Origin: Rickettsiales bacterium
GTDB lineage: Bacteria > Pseudomonadota > Alphaproteobacteria > Rickettsiales > UBA998
Reading direction: 5' to 3'
NCBI GenBank assembly: GCA_019749855.1
Contig: JAIEPI010000132.1
Coordinates: forward strand, 1-42,573
DNA: 42,573 nucleotides
Part shown: in pieces, positions 1 to 9,570 of the stretch
Position numbering within the stretch: position 1 is the stretch's first letter
How the letters are laid out: each line of letters opens with the position of its first letter
Made by a program: the position numbers and the translations under genes
Notes under the pieces: model-generated
Databases searched by the model: none
The model's input: only the letters and a program-made list of their open reading frames with translations
What the model was told of the DNA's origin: nothing

Positions 1-1311
1 AATACGGGAAGTCGACGATCCAGCAGAATTTGAACACGTTCGGGTCAATGAGATTCAGCACTTTGCCGAGCTCAATGCGCACCTTGCCGGCAATCTCGGC
101 CGCCTCGTCCTGGCTGCCGGAGGAGAAAAAGACGGAGTCGCCATGATTCAGTTTCGCGACGGTACGCAGCTCAGCGAGCTTTTCGGCGCTGAGGAATTTC
201 GCAATCGGGCCTTTCGCTTCACCGGATTCATCGAACACGATGTAGGCCAGTCCCTTTGCCCCTTGCTCCTGTGCGAAGGCAATGGTTTTGTCAAAGAAAC
301 TGCGTGGCTGCGACGCGGTGTTAGGCGCGGGAATAGCGCGGATGGTGCCGCCCTTCTCAATCAGGCCGGTGAAGATGCCAAAGCCGGAGCCGCGCCATAC
401 TTCTGTGGCATCGCAAATCTCGATCGGATTACGCAGGTCAGGCTTATCGACGCCGTATTTCAGCATCGCCTCATCATAGGGAATGCGCACGAAGGGCGGC
501 TTGGTCGCGTCCTTCGTTGAAAACTCTGCAAACACTTCATAGAGCACCGGCTCAATGGCGGCGAAGACATCGTCCTGCGTGACGAAGCTCATTTCCATAT
601 CAAGCTGGTAGAACTCACCGGGCGAGCGGTCGGCACGCGCGTCCTCATCACGAAAGCATGGCGCAATCTGGAAGTAACGGTCAAAGCCCGCCACCATGAG
701 CAGCTGCTTGAATTGCTGCGGCGCTTGCGGCAGAGCATAAAACTTGCCCGGATGCACACGTGAGGGCACGAGGTAATCGCGCGCGCCTTCGGGCGAGGAG
801 GCGGTCAGGATCGGCGTTTGGAACTCATTAAACCCGCGATCAGTCATCTTGCGACGCAGTGCCGCAATGATTTGCGAGCGCAGAATAATGTTCTTGTGCA
901 GGCTCTCGCGGCGCAGATCGAGGAAGCGGTAGCGCAGGCGGATATTCTCGTTCATATCGCGCTCAGCGTTCACCTGCAGCGGCAGTGGGTCAGCCTCGGA
1001 TTCCACTCGCGCTGCAGTCACGCGAACTTCCACTTCACCGGTGGGAAGCTCTTTATTGATGGTCTCTGGCGTGCGCGCAATCACTGTGCCTTCGATGGTC
1101 ACCACGCTTTCCAGCCGTACACGATTCAGTGTGTCAAAATCGACGTGGTCGCTCTCGATCACCAGTTGGGTTAGCCCGTAATGATCGCGCAGATCCACAA
1201 ACATCAGTTGCCCGTGATCACGCTTGCGATGCACCCACCCAGAGAGTTTGACACTCTGGCCGAGCGATATTGGGGTGAGTTCCCCGCAGGTATGAGAGCG
1301 GTATGCGTGCA
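1..1311 (-). CDS. aspS: Aspartyl-tRNA synthetase, N-terminal ~437 codons (3' end lies beyond the window)
   Basis: Hand translation of the minus strand from ATG (1311-1309) gives [13 protein letters not shown]...[22 protein letters not shown]...[22 protein letters not shown]...[10 protein letters not shown]. This is the OB-fold anticodon domain plus class II motifs typical of AspRS. The frame is open to position 1, so it is absent from the ORF track. Confidence 0.93.
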
Positions 1312-1388
1312 TAAAATGGCGCTTTTCTTGAGGTTACAAAGAGAAAGACGGTATAATTGAGCGAACGGCAAAAGCCAAGGGGTGATTA

Positions 1389-1598
1389 CTAATCCTCGTC
1401 AGGCCCATTGCGAAAAAGATCCGTTTGCGGGGCGTATTGCTCTACTTTCATGCGTTCATCGCGTTTTTCCTGTGCGCGATCCGTGAAGAAATGCAGCACC
1501 GACCACAGGATAGCCACCACTCCGCCGGCAATAATCGGTGATTTACTATAGGCCCATGCCCCAATAAACACGAGAAGATAGATGAATAACATCCCCAT
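1389..1598 (-). CDS. Small (69 aa) two-helix membrane protein, function unknown
   Basis: ATG start preceded by AAGGAG at 6-nt spacing. Two hydrophobic helices (MLFIYLLVFIGAWAY, IIAGGVVAILWSVLHFF) are followed by a charged tail. No family recognised. Confidence 0.6.
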   Translation of the reverse strand: MGMLFIYLLVFIGAWAYSKSPIIAGGVVAILWSVLHFFTDRAQEKRDERMKVEQYAPQTDLFRNGPDED

Positions 1599-1710
1599 CG
1601 CTTACTCCTTACCTGCATTCTTGTTCGCCCACACCCTAGCCATAGAACATGCCTTACGTGGCGTCACCCGCACAACAAAAAAGTTTCATACTTGATTTGC
1701 TGGCGCAAAC

Positions 1711-2886
1711 ATGGATGCTCACAGCATGACGCATGTAATTACCACCACCGATGCCTTAGAAAAATTTTGTGAACCGCTACGTGGCGCAAGCTTCATCACG
1801 TTCGATACCGAATTTATTCGTGAGAAAACCTATTACCCGCAGCTTTGCCTGATGCAGATATGCGGGCCGGATGCAACGCACGCCGCCGCCATCGATACAT
1901 TGGCTACGGGGCTTGATCTGTCGCCCGTCTATGCCTTGCTGGATGATACGAATATCGTCAAAGTGATGCATGCGGGCAAGCAGGATATTGAGATTCTGGT
2001 CAATCGACAGGGGCGTATCCCTGCACCGCTTTTTGATACACAAGTCGCTGCCATGGTGTGCGGCTATGGCGAACAAATAGGCTATGAGAGCATTGTGCGT
2101 CAACTCACTGGCACTTCAATTGATAAATCACAGCAGTTCACTGATTGGGCACAGCGGCCGCTCTCCCCACAGCAAATCACCTATGCGATTGCGGATGTCG
2201 TGCATTTATGTGCGGTGTATCGTGCCTTGCTCTCAGAGCTGACCCAAGGCAATCGTCTGCAATGGATGGATGAGGAAATCACCAAGATGCAGGATCTCTC
2301 CGCGTATGTGGTGGAGCCAAAAGACGCCTGGTTACGTCAGAAAAAACGACATGGTTCACCGCATTATCTGGCGCGCTTGCGGGCATTGGCTGCATGGCGT
2401 GAACAAGAGGCACAGGCACGAGATGTCCCGCGCGGTCGCCTGATTAAAGATGATACGCTGCAGGAATTAGCAATGACAGCACCAAAAAATCTGGCAGCGC
2501 TCAGTCGGGCCAGAGGGTTGGGCAATCATTTGTCACAGCAACAAAAAGAAACGCTACTACAACTCGTGGCAGAGGCTTCCGTTTTGCCACGTGAGGCATG
2601 CCCAGTGAGTGAGCCCCACCGCCCTGTCTCTCCCACCCACGAGCTACAACGCGACTTACTCAAACTGTTGTTAAAACTGGTCTGTGAGCGCCAACGCATC
2701 TCGCCGCGCCTTGTGGCGGATGGTGACATGCTGAGCGCGATGATTGAAGGGCAGCGAGAGCTTCCGGTGTTTAATGGCTGGCGTTACGATTTATTTGGTA
2801 AGCTGGCTCTACCATTACTCGAGGGAAAACTGGCCCTTGGCATTGATCCCGCGCAGCAGACCGTGGTTGAATTCAGCAAGGAATAA
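1711..2886 (+). CDS. rnd: Ribonuclease D (DEDD 3'-5' exonuclease plus HRDC)
   Basis: Translation shows FITFDTEFIREKTYYPQLCLMQI and YAIADVVHL (DEDDy exonuclease motifs), then the WREQEAQARDVPRGRLIKDDTL HRDC-like region. The start may be the downstream Met (MTHVITT, 1726). Confidence 0.88.
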   Translation: MDAHSMTHVITTTDALEKFCEPLRGASFITFDTEFIREKTYYPQLCLMQICGPDATHAAAIDTLATGLDLSPVYALLDDTNIVKVMHAGKQDIEILVNRQGRIPAPLFDTQVAAMVCGYGEQIGYESIVRQLTGTSIDKSQQFTDWAQRPLSPQQITYAIADVVHLCAVYRALLSELTQGNRLQWMDEEITKMQDLSAYVVEPKDAWLRQKKRHGSPHYLARLRALAAWREQEAQARDVPRGRLIKDDTLQELAMTAPKNLAALSRARGLGNHLSQQQKETLLQLVAEASVLPREACPVSEPHRPVSPTHELQRDLLKLLLKLVCERQRISPRLVADGDMLSAMIEGQRELPVFNGWRYDLFGKLALPLLEGKLALGIDPAQQTVVEFSKE

Positions 2887-2909
2887 GCGGTAAAAAAACG
2901 CCCGTGATT

Positions 2910-4070
2910 TTAGGCGCCCTGTGTTTGACGCTGGCGTATAATGGCCAGAATGTAGGAGAGATTCTCTACATGCTCCTCCTCTGAGGATTCAATCATACGC
3001 CGCACCACAAAGTTAGAAAAATGATGACTACCAGGGCGCGCACCCTCGGATAAAACTGCCTTCACAGAATCCAGAAGCAGGCGCACGGCTTTATACATCG
3101 TACCCGGAAGCTGTGTTTTATTATACAGTGCACGGAAGCCGAGGCGACCGCTATCAGACACCAGCATGCGTGCATTCTCTAGTGGAATATTGGCCAGCCG
3201 TGCCAACGACGACTCAAAGAATACTAAATTGCCCTGACACAGTGCATTGATGATAAGTGAGGATGTTAAGCGGCCGCTCTCAAAAAGCTGATCGACCAAT
3301 TTAATGGTTTGAGATTGGTCCACTGAAGCGCCCAACAAAGCGAGCGTTGTGCCTTCTTCCGCGAAGCGTGCACCGGCTTCTAATTGCTCCCTGTCGGCAA
3401 CTCTGCATTTATCCTTAAGCTGTCGCAGCATTTCATCGGAGACAAAATGCGTCAGGCGCTCAACGGCAGCCACGGGTAAGCTGTTGCGCGACATCATACT
3501 CATGACGATATTTTGATCCGACTTCGCCTGTTCAGCAATTTGGAAAAAAGATTTATCTGATATGCGCGCAGACTGGTTATCCAGGACTTCTTTGATAACA
3601 TCAGGTAACTGGGTATTCACTAATGAGCCGGACACAGTTTCAGAGAGTTCCTCTCGCTGCGCAATGGCAATATAGCGCCAGATTTCCTCTGTGTTCTGGA
3701 CAATATCAACGAGATCATCATCCTTGAGAACGCTCGACATGGTGAGCATCGGCACGGCAACCGCCTCTAAGTCCCTTGCTAATGTTAAGGCAATGTCATG
3801 CGGAATGTGCGGGTTGCTCTGAAGACTCTCAGACATCGCGTGCCGGACGCGAATAGCTGAGTCCTGCACGAGGAGGCGAAAAATCTGCTCCGCCACCTGC
3901 ATTTCATTTTCGTTGAGAACATCCGGACTGTAATGTCGGCTCACTTTTTCCAAGACATCAATTTTGGTTTCCAGTGTTGGCTGTTCCAGCAAACGCCGTA
4001 CATCGTCCTGCGTTAGACGCACGGAATCTTGTGGGGTGACAACGATCTCAGTGGATGGTCCGAAGCTCAT
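2910..4070 (-). CDS. DUF2336-family protein (paralog 1)
   Basis: 386-aa ORF. HEAT/ARM-like helical repeats (VRxxxAxxL..NPxxPxDIALxLAxD) are shared with the adjacent paralog, a pattern I associate with alphaproteobacterial DUF2336. Confidence 0.75.
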   Translation of the reverse strand: MSFGPSTEIVVTPQDSVRLTQDDVRRLLEQPTLETKIDVLEKVSRHYSPDVLNENEMQVAEQIFRLLVQDSAIRVRHAMSESLQSNPHIPHDIALTLARDLEAVAVPMLTMSSVLKDDDLVDIVQNTEEIWRYIAIAQREELSETVSGSLVNTQLPDVIKEVLDNQSARISDKSFFQIAEQAKSDQNIVMSMMSRNSLPVAAVERLTHFVSDEMLRQLKDKCRVADREQLEAGARFAEEGTTLALLGASVDQSQTIKLVDQLFESGRLTSSLIINALCQGNLVFFESSLARLANIPLENARMLVSDSGRLGFRALYNKTQLPGTMYKAVRLLLDSVKAVLSEGARPGSHHFSNFVVRRMIESSEEEHVENLSYILAIIRQRQTQGA

Positions 4071-5163
4071 GATCTGCTGCAGTGATAAAGTTAATAACCG
4101 CGTTCATATTCGTGACAAGCTGGTCGTAGCGATGCGCTCGAATATAATCCAACAACTGCTGTGTATAAGTCGCGCTGTCAACATGCTCATTACGTGGAGA
4201 CTGCTGCACGTAACGATAAATCGCATCCAATGCATCCACAAAATTGGCAGGAACACCGGCCGCCGTGCAAAGCGTACGGAAACCTAAAGGGCCTCTGTCC
4301 AAAAGAAGTTTACGCGCACTGTCCTGACTAACATCAGCGCGCGTGGCAAGCGCTGCATCAAAAAACTGCTTTTCTCCCTGAGCTAAGGCGCGCAATGTCA
4401 GCGAAATGCTTAAACGTTTGTTTTTATGCATCTGTTGTACCAAAAGCACTGTCTCCTCTTCGCTCATCCATAAGGTTAAGAAACGAAGCATGGCCGATTC
4501 ACGTTGCAAGTCTGCCTCCTGACTCACCATATTCCATGGGAGACGAAACTTCTTGGTCAGCTGTTTCTTGAGTTGGGTAGAAACCAGCGAATGAAGCTTC
4601 TCAGCCAAACGCACATTCATACCACCACGAAACACCAGGGATTCCAGTATGTCCTGTTCATGACGAAATTCGTTAAGCAAATACTCCAGATCCGCATCAC
4701 CGATATCAGCATCACTATTTCCCAGCAATGAAACAACAACGATTTCGCTACGTGTGGCCACCAGCTGACGACTGACTTTTGCTGATAAATTATGACGGCG
4801 ACTGATCGCCAGCCATTTGCGAACTTCCCTAGTGGAGCGAATAATCTCCAGCAAATCTTCGTCGTTCAACAACATAGAAAACTCAAGTACCGGCATCGCA
4901 ATCTCAGCCGTATCATTGGCTAAAGCCAGCACCACATCACGCGGCACCTGGTGATTTCTTTTTAAATTCTCGGCGATGGCTTTACGTACCATGCTGGAAG
5001 TATCTCGAAGCAATAAACGGAAGATCTCAATAGCGATTTTTGCTTCGTTGGGCGTAAATTGCGAATGGTTAAATTGCTCCGAGACTTTAGAGGCAATATA
5101 GGAGCGCACTTTGGGGGATGGTTCATGAATCAGGCGATTCAAATCGTGGGGCGTAATGCTCAC
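4048..5163 (-). CDS. DUF2336-family protein (paralog 2)
   Basis: 371-aa ORF with a GTG start (5163-5161) and AAGGA 8 nt upstream. It has the same repeat architecture as 2910-4070 (VRKAIAENLKRNHQVPRDVVLALANDTAEIAMPVLE versus VRHAMSESLQSNPHIPHDIALTLARDLEAVAVPMLT). Its 3' end overlaps the next gene's start by 23 nt. Confidence 0.75.
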   Translation of the reverse strand: MSITPHDLNRLIHEPSPKVRSYIASKVSEQFNHSQFTPNEAKIAIEIFRLLLRDTSSMVRKAIAENLKRNHQVPRDVVLALANDTAEIAMPVLEFSMLLNDEDLLEIIRSTREVRKWLAISRRHNLSAKVSRQLVATRSEIVVVSLLGNSDADIGDADLEYLLNEFRHEQDILESLVFRGGMNVRLAEKLHSLVSTQLKKQLTKKFRLPWNMVSQEADLQRESAMLRFLTLWMSEEETVLLVQQMHKNKRLSISLTLRALAQGEKQFFDAALATRADVSQDSARKLLLDRGPLGFRTLCTAAGVPANFVDALDAIYRYVQQSPRNEHVDSATYTQQLLDYIRAHRYDQLVTNMNAVINFITAADHELRTIH

Positions 5164-5417
5164 AAGCGCATCCTTAACGGTTAATGATGTTCATCCTCCT
5201 AATTTACGCCAAAGTTAGTAAAGAATTGTTTAATGTATGCGCTAAATAAAACGAAAATTTTAGCTACATTACCTTAGGGGTTATTTTGTATATTTATCAG
5301 TATATAGTAGCTGTATAGTTCTATCTTTTTTTATCTTCTTTTTGACGCTGGTTAAAAATATAAAAAACGTTTATTTAATTAATTTCTTTCCAAAATAGTA
5401 AATATGACGAGAAATCA

Positions 5418-5972
5418 TTAATTGCTTGTGGGATCAGCTTCCCTTTCTTTTCCCTGACGCTGGGTTGCCATTTCATTGGCAATCACGCTGATATGTCCGT
5501 CGGCTTCTATGAAAGCAGCCTTGACCTGATCTAGCCGTTCAATACCTTTTTCTCGCAATTGTGCGTGCAACTCATCCATGGAAATAAGCTCCCTGCGCAT
5601 ATTTCGACGCAGGGGCTTTCCATCTTTCACCAAAAGAAGTGGCGGCGGCTCAAGCCATGAGCGTAGAACCGGAAAACGAAAACTTAGCCAATCAAGCGAA
5701 AAACTCCAAAACATAATCACGGCTACCAGCAATAATCCATCAGGAACCGAATGATAATTGCCTGACATGCCATTCTGCGCTGCGTCAGCAATGAGCACAA
5801 TCACCAGCACATCACTGATGCCGACTGTACCGGCCTGACGTTTTAGCATCAGGCGCATGAGCACGAAAAGCCCGAAATACATCACCGTACCTCGCACGAC
5901 TATTTCAAGAAGCGGCGTATCCCTGCCCCATACGTCTTGCCAGTTTACGGATAAAAAAGACTCCATGGCCAA
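5418..5972 (-). CDS. DUF421/YetF-family membrane protein
   Basis: N-terminal transmembrane helices are followed by LLVKDGKPLRRNMRRELISMDELHAQLREKGIERLDQVKAAFIEADGHISVI, which is characteristic of the YetF C-terminal domain. Confidence 0.8.
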   Translation of the reverse strand: MAMESFLSVNWQDVWGRDTPLLEIVVRGTVMYFGLFVLMRLMLKRQAGTVGISDVLVIVLIADAAQNGMSGNYHSVPDGLLLVAVIMFWSFSLDWLSFRFPVLRSWLEPPPLLLVKDGKPLRRNMRRELISMDELHAQLREKGIERLDQVKAAFIEADGHISVIANEMATQRQGKEREADPTSN

Positions 5973-6020
5973 CCTCCGTTACGGCTCCCATCAAGGAGTG
6001 ATGATGTGCTCGGATGATAC

Positions 6021-7274
6021 CTAGATAAGTGGGTCGCGATAGCGATCTTTGAACCAGAAAAGCGTGAAAAGTGTGACGGCGGCGGAGGCCATCAGGTAAA
6101 AGGCGACGACTTTAGGGTCTCCTGTCTCACGTATCAGCCATGTGGACACAATCGGGGCAGTGCCGCCAAACAACGCACCAGCGATGTTATACGAAATCGC
6201 CATCGCCGTGTAGCGCACACTTGTTGGAAACAACTCCACCAGAACCGCTGGCACCGGCCCAAGAAACGTGCCGTTGATTAAGGCAAAGATCATCAGACCC
6301 AGCAGAATCAGCACAAAACTACCGGAGTTAATCAGCATGAAAATTGGGTAGGCCAGTAATAGCAATGCCAAGGCACTGACAAACAGAACCGGCTTACGCC
6401 CCACACGATCAGATAAACGGGCGCTCCAGATAATCACTGGCAACATGAAAAGCATGGTGATGGTGTTAAGAATCAGCGAATCGCCTATGCTATGCCCAAG
6501 CACCGTCGACAGATAGCTCAGCATAAACACCGCCAGAATATAGAACGGCAATGTCACCGTGAGGTAGATGCCAACGCCTTGCGCCATAGGAGCCAGATGT
6601 TTGCCAAACGCATCGCGCAGTGGTCGCTTGGAGAGTGTATCCGCCTCTTTGGCTTCGATATATTTGGGGCTCTCATCGGTGTGATGGCGAATGTAAAAAC
6701 CAACAAAACCAATGAGCAAACCAAGTGCGAAGGGGATGCGCCAGCCCCACTCAATGAGTTGCGCCTCAGTCATGAGCTCGGATGTCACAGTGGCAACCAA
6801 TGAGCCAAGCAACATACCCGCTACCAGAGAGGCCATGGAGGCACTGCCCGCCAAACCACGGCGATGGTCGCTCGAATGCTCGACGATAAAGGTGATGGAG
6901 CCACTAAATTCCCCACCCAGTGAAAGGCCCTGCAATAGGCGAATCAGCGTCAACAAGATGGGTGCCATCACGCCAATATGGGCGTAAGTCGGCAACAGCC
7001 CGATGCAGGCGGTGGGAATCGCCATCATTAGAATCGCAATGGCCAGTGAAATTTTACGGCCATAGCGATCACCAATATAGCCAAACAGGATGGCACCCAA
7101 TGGGCGCATGGCAAAACCCGCTGCAAAAGCGCCATAGGTTGCGATCAGGGAGATCAAGGGATCGTCTGAGGGGAAAAAATGCCGGCTGATGATGGCGGCG
7201 AAATGCCCATAGAGTGCGAAATCATACCATTCCAAGCCGTTGCCAATCATTCCGGAAATTACGACACGACGCAT
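6021..7274 (-). CDS. MFS transporter, metabolite:H+ symporter (ProP/KgtP-like) family
   Basis: 417 aa with about 12 transmembrane helices. N-terminal GNGLEWYDFALYG and GDRYGRK motifs are typical of the MHS subfamily. Confidence 0.88.
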   Translation of the reverse strand: MRRVVISGMIGNGLEWYDFALYGHFAAIISRHFFPSDDPLISLIATYGAFAAGFAMRPLGAILFGYIGDRYGRKISLAIAILMMAIPTACIGLLPTYAHIGVMAPILLTLIRLLQGLSLGGEFSGSITFIVEHSSDHRRGLAGSASMASLVAGMLLGSLVATVTSELMTEAQLIEWGWRIPFALGLLIGFVGFYIRHHTDESPKYIEAKEADTLSKRPLRDAFGKHLAPMAQGVGIYLTVTLPFYILAVFMLSYLSTVLGHSIGDSLILNTITMLFMLPVIIWSARLSDRVGRKPVLFVSALALLLLAYPIFMLINSGSFVLILLGLMIFALINGTFLGPVPAVLVELFPTSVRYTAMAISYNIAGALFGGTAPIVSTWLIRETGDPKVVAFYLMASAAVTLFTLFWFKDRYRDPLI

Positions 7275-7455
7275 GGGCTGTTCCTTTATTCAATGGCAAT
7301 GGCATCAGACATAGCTAGCGCCGCGGCCTCGCTCAAGCCTTTTTGGCGAGATCCCGGCATCGTAAGGCCCCTGCAACGCATCATTTCAAGCATCCCTGCT
7401 GGTATTTTCTGCCAATTGCCGCTACAGCTTGGAAAAATAACTTGCAGGATTCCGC

Positions 7456-7866
7456 ATGTATTTGAAACCCGCCCTCACCAGTATCGACGTACAACGCATG
7501 ATGAACGCCTGCAAAGAAGAGGCGGTCAAAAACCAATGGCGTGTGAGCATTGCCATTGTTGACGAAGGCGGCTATCTGTTGCATCTGGAGCGGATGGATG
7601 GCGCGGTGCTGCAGAGTCCTGATATTGCTTGGCGTAAGGCGCGTACCTCAGCACTCGCTCGCAATACAACCAAAGCGTTAGAGGCCATTGCCAAAGAGCG
7701 CCCAGGCACACTGACTTTTCCTGACAGACTACCGGTTCAGGGGGGTGTTGCACTTCTTTTTGACGGTCAATGTGTGGGCGCTATTGGCGTCTCAGGCGCT
7801 GCATCCGCGGATGATGAAGTGATTGCGCTTGCGGGCGCAGCGCTCATGCCAGCATCCCTTTCTTGA
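7456..7866 (+). CDS. GlcG/HbpS-like (DUF336) putative heme-binding protein
   Basis: 136 aa. VSIAIVDEGGYLLHLERMDGA...AWRKARTSA...GGVALLFDGQCVGAIGVSGA matches the DUF336 signature. No signal peptide. Confidence 0.85.
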   Translation: MYLKPALTSIDVQRMMNACKEEAVKNQWRVSIAIVDEGGYLLHLERMDGAVLQSPDIAWRKARTSALARNTTKALEAIAKERPGTLTFPDRLPVQGGVALLFDGQCVGAIGVSGAASADDEVIALAGAALMPASLS

Positions 7867-8068
7867 AATATCTTTTTTAATTATATCAACGCATTAAAAC
7901 TTGATGTGTTATACTCTACAAGTAAAACAGCTTCTGGTCATGTGAAGACCGTAGCAGCCTTACGGTTGCATCTAATCAGTCGCTCAAAAAACTGTCTCAA
8001 AAAATTGAAATCTCCCGTTTGATGGGGATTCACTCCGCTCATTCAATCAGTATTTTAAGGTTACGATC

Positions 8069-9244
8069 ATGTCGCCATCAGGCTTGGCTGTTTTTATTCG
8101 CGATCACGCGGAAGAGATCATCACCGAGTGGGAAAATTTCGCGCGTACTCTTATTCCGGCAGCGTCCAACATGAGCCCACTGACTTTGCGCGATCATATT
8201 GGGGAAATTCTCGTCTTCATTGAAAAAGATATTGCATCACATCAAACGGCGGCGGAACAAAAGAAAAAGTCGCGTGGCAAGGGACCTGTGCAACTGAAAA
8301 TCAGCGCGGCACAAACACACGCGGCACTGCGTTTGGCGGGTGGGTTTGATATAGACCAGATGGTTTCGGAGTATCGGGCCTTGCGCGCCAGCATTGTCAA
8401 TTTATGGTGTGCCGATAAACCGCAACTCGTAGCAAAAGACTTGCTGGACCTGACACGATTTAACGAATCCATTGATCAGATTCTCGCCGAATCCGTGAGC
8501 CATTACACGCTTAAAGTATCGCAATCCAAGGATCTGTTCATTGGCATTCTCAGCCATGATCTGCGCACACCACTCCATGTCATCACCATGTCGGCGGAGC
8601 TTCAGGCGAATATCGGCACTATGGATGAAAAACAGCGCATGCTGTCCCAGCAGATATTGGAGAGCACCGCGCGTATTACTAAAATTGTCGGCGATCTGCT
8701 CGATGTGACCAGGGCGCGTTTTGGCTCTGGTATCCCCGTCATTCGTGAGTCAATGAATATGGAATTTGTTACACGGCAGATTATGAGCGAAATGCGCGTC
8801 GCTTATCCTGATAGCACGATCACGCTCACCTGCGCGGGCGACATGAAGGGGGAATGGGACAAAGCGCGGATCGGGCAGGTACTGTGCAACCTCATAGGCA
8901 ATGCGATCCAATATAGTTTCGCGCAGACACCTATTGAGCTGCGGCTGGATGGCTCACCAAGCGGCATGACGCTGACGATTCATAATGTTGGAACACCGAT
9001 TGCCCCTGAGAAAATCCCGATGCTGTTTGATTCGTTCGTCCGTGGCATTGACGATAATGGGGAATGCAAAACCAGCGTGAGTGGAAACCTCGGCCTCGGG
9101 CTGTTCATTACACGAGATATTGTGCAATCCCATGGGGGCACCATTGCCGTCAGCTCCAGTGAAGACGAAGGCACTAATTTCACCGTCTATTTACCGTGCG
9201 AGTCAAGCGATGCTTTGGCAAAAGAAGTGGGTAAAGCAAAGTAA
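8069..9244 (+). CDS. Soluble sensor histidine kinase (HisKA plus HATPase_c) with an N-terminal RsbRD_N-like sensor domain
   Basis: H-box ILSHDLRTPL. N/G boxes NLIGNAIQYS and GLGLFITRDIVQSHGGTIAV. No transmembrane segments, and no response regulator in the window. Confidence 0.9.
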   Translation: MSPSGLAVFIRDHAEEIITEWENFARTLIPAASNMSPLTLRDHIGEILVFIEKDIASHQTAAEQKKKSRGKGPVQLKISAAQTHAALRLAGGFDIDQMVSEYRALRASIVNLWCADKPQLVAKDLLDLTRFNESIDQILAESVSHYTLKVSQSKDLFIGILSHDLRTPLHVITMSAELQANIGTMDEKQRMLSQQILESTARITKIVGDLLDVTRARFGSGIPVIRESMNMEFVTRQIMSEMRVAYPDSTITLTCAGDMKGEWDKARIGQVLCNLIGNAIQYSFAQTPIELRLDGSPSGMTLTIHNVGTPIAPEKIPMLFDSFVRGIDDNGECKTSVSGNLGLGLFITRDIVQSHGGTIAVSSSEDEGTNFTVYLPCESSDALAKEVGKAK

Positions 9245-9323
9245 AAAAGTGCAGGGCTCAACCCTTTGCTACAGCTTGCAAAAGGCTTTTGGCGTACTGG
9301 CAGAGTTGCCTGAAAATGAAAAA

Positions 9324-9352
9324 TGGCGTGCGCACAGGCACTCGAACCGCGC
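9324..9352 (-). repeat. Degenerate copy of the 3' end (acceptor/T-arm) of tRNA-Arg
   Basis: tggcgtgc......actcgaacc at 9324-9348 matches 9424-9448 at 21 of 25 positions, offset by exactly 100 bp. The rest cannot be folded into a tRNA. Confidence 0.6.
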
Positions 9353-9423
9353 AAAGCACTCCGCAGGAGTGTTTGCCAATAATACAGGGGGGGGATGAGA
9401 GTCTTTTGGTCTGACCTTGTCAG

Positions 9424-9500
9424 TGGCGTGCCCGGAGGGACTCGAACCCCCGACATTCTGCTTAGAAGGCAGATGCTCTATCCAGCTGAGCTACGGGCAC
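9424..9500 (-). tRNA. tRNA-Arg (anticodon TCT), CCA encoded
   Basis: The reverse complement folds as a cloverleaf: acceptor GTGCCCG/CGGGCAC, D-arm GCTC..GAGC, anticodon arm TCTGC-CTTCTAA-GCAGA, T-arm GGGGG-TTCGAGT-CCCTC, discriminator G, then CCA. Confidence 0.95.
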
Positions 9501-9570
9501 CTGCCGCTGAAACTAGCGAACTCTGCGCCATGCGGCAAGTCACAACGCAAGGATACTCGGGGCCATGATG

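Noticed and set aside
143-1174. Plus-strand ORFs 143-520, 282-479 and 818-1174, and minus-strand ORF 148-360
   Set aside because: All lie inside the hand-translated aspS reading frame (minus strand, open to the window edge). They are shadow ORFs.
5164-5417. Very AT-rich intergenic block examined for CRISPR repeats, IS ends, a small RNA, or the mini-ORF MNIINR (5174-5194) behind AGGAGG
   Set aside because: I could find no repeat periodicity or terminal inverted repeats. The AGGAGG abuts the mini-ORF ATG with zero spacing, so it is not a functional SD for it. The region is most simply a terminator/promoter region for the flanking minus-strand genes.
7179-7562. 127-aa plus-strand ORF bridging the MFS start and the glcG-like start
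   Set aside because: It overlaps two well-supported genes in other frames or strands and has no domain content.
9324-9399. Possible second complete tRNA gene downstream of tRNA-Arg
   Set aside because: Only the acceptor/T-loop-like 25 nt resemble a tRNA. The T-stem cannot pair (G opposite G at 53:61), and no 5' acceptor strand, D-arm or anticodon arm can be drawn. It is called a fragment or repeat instead.
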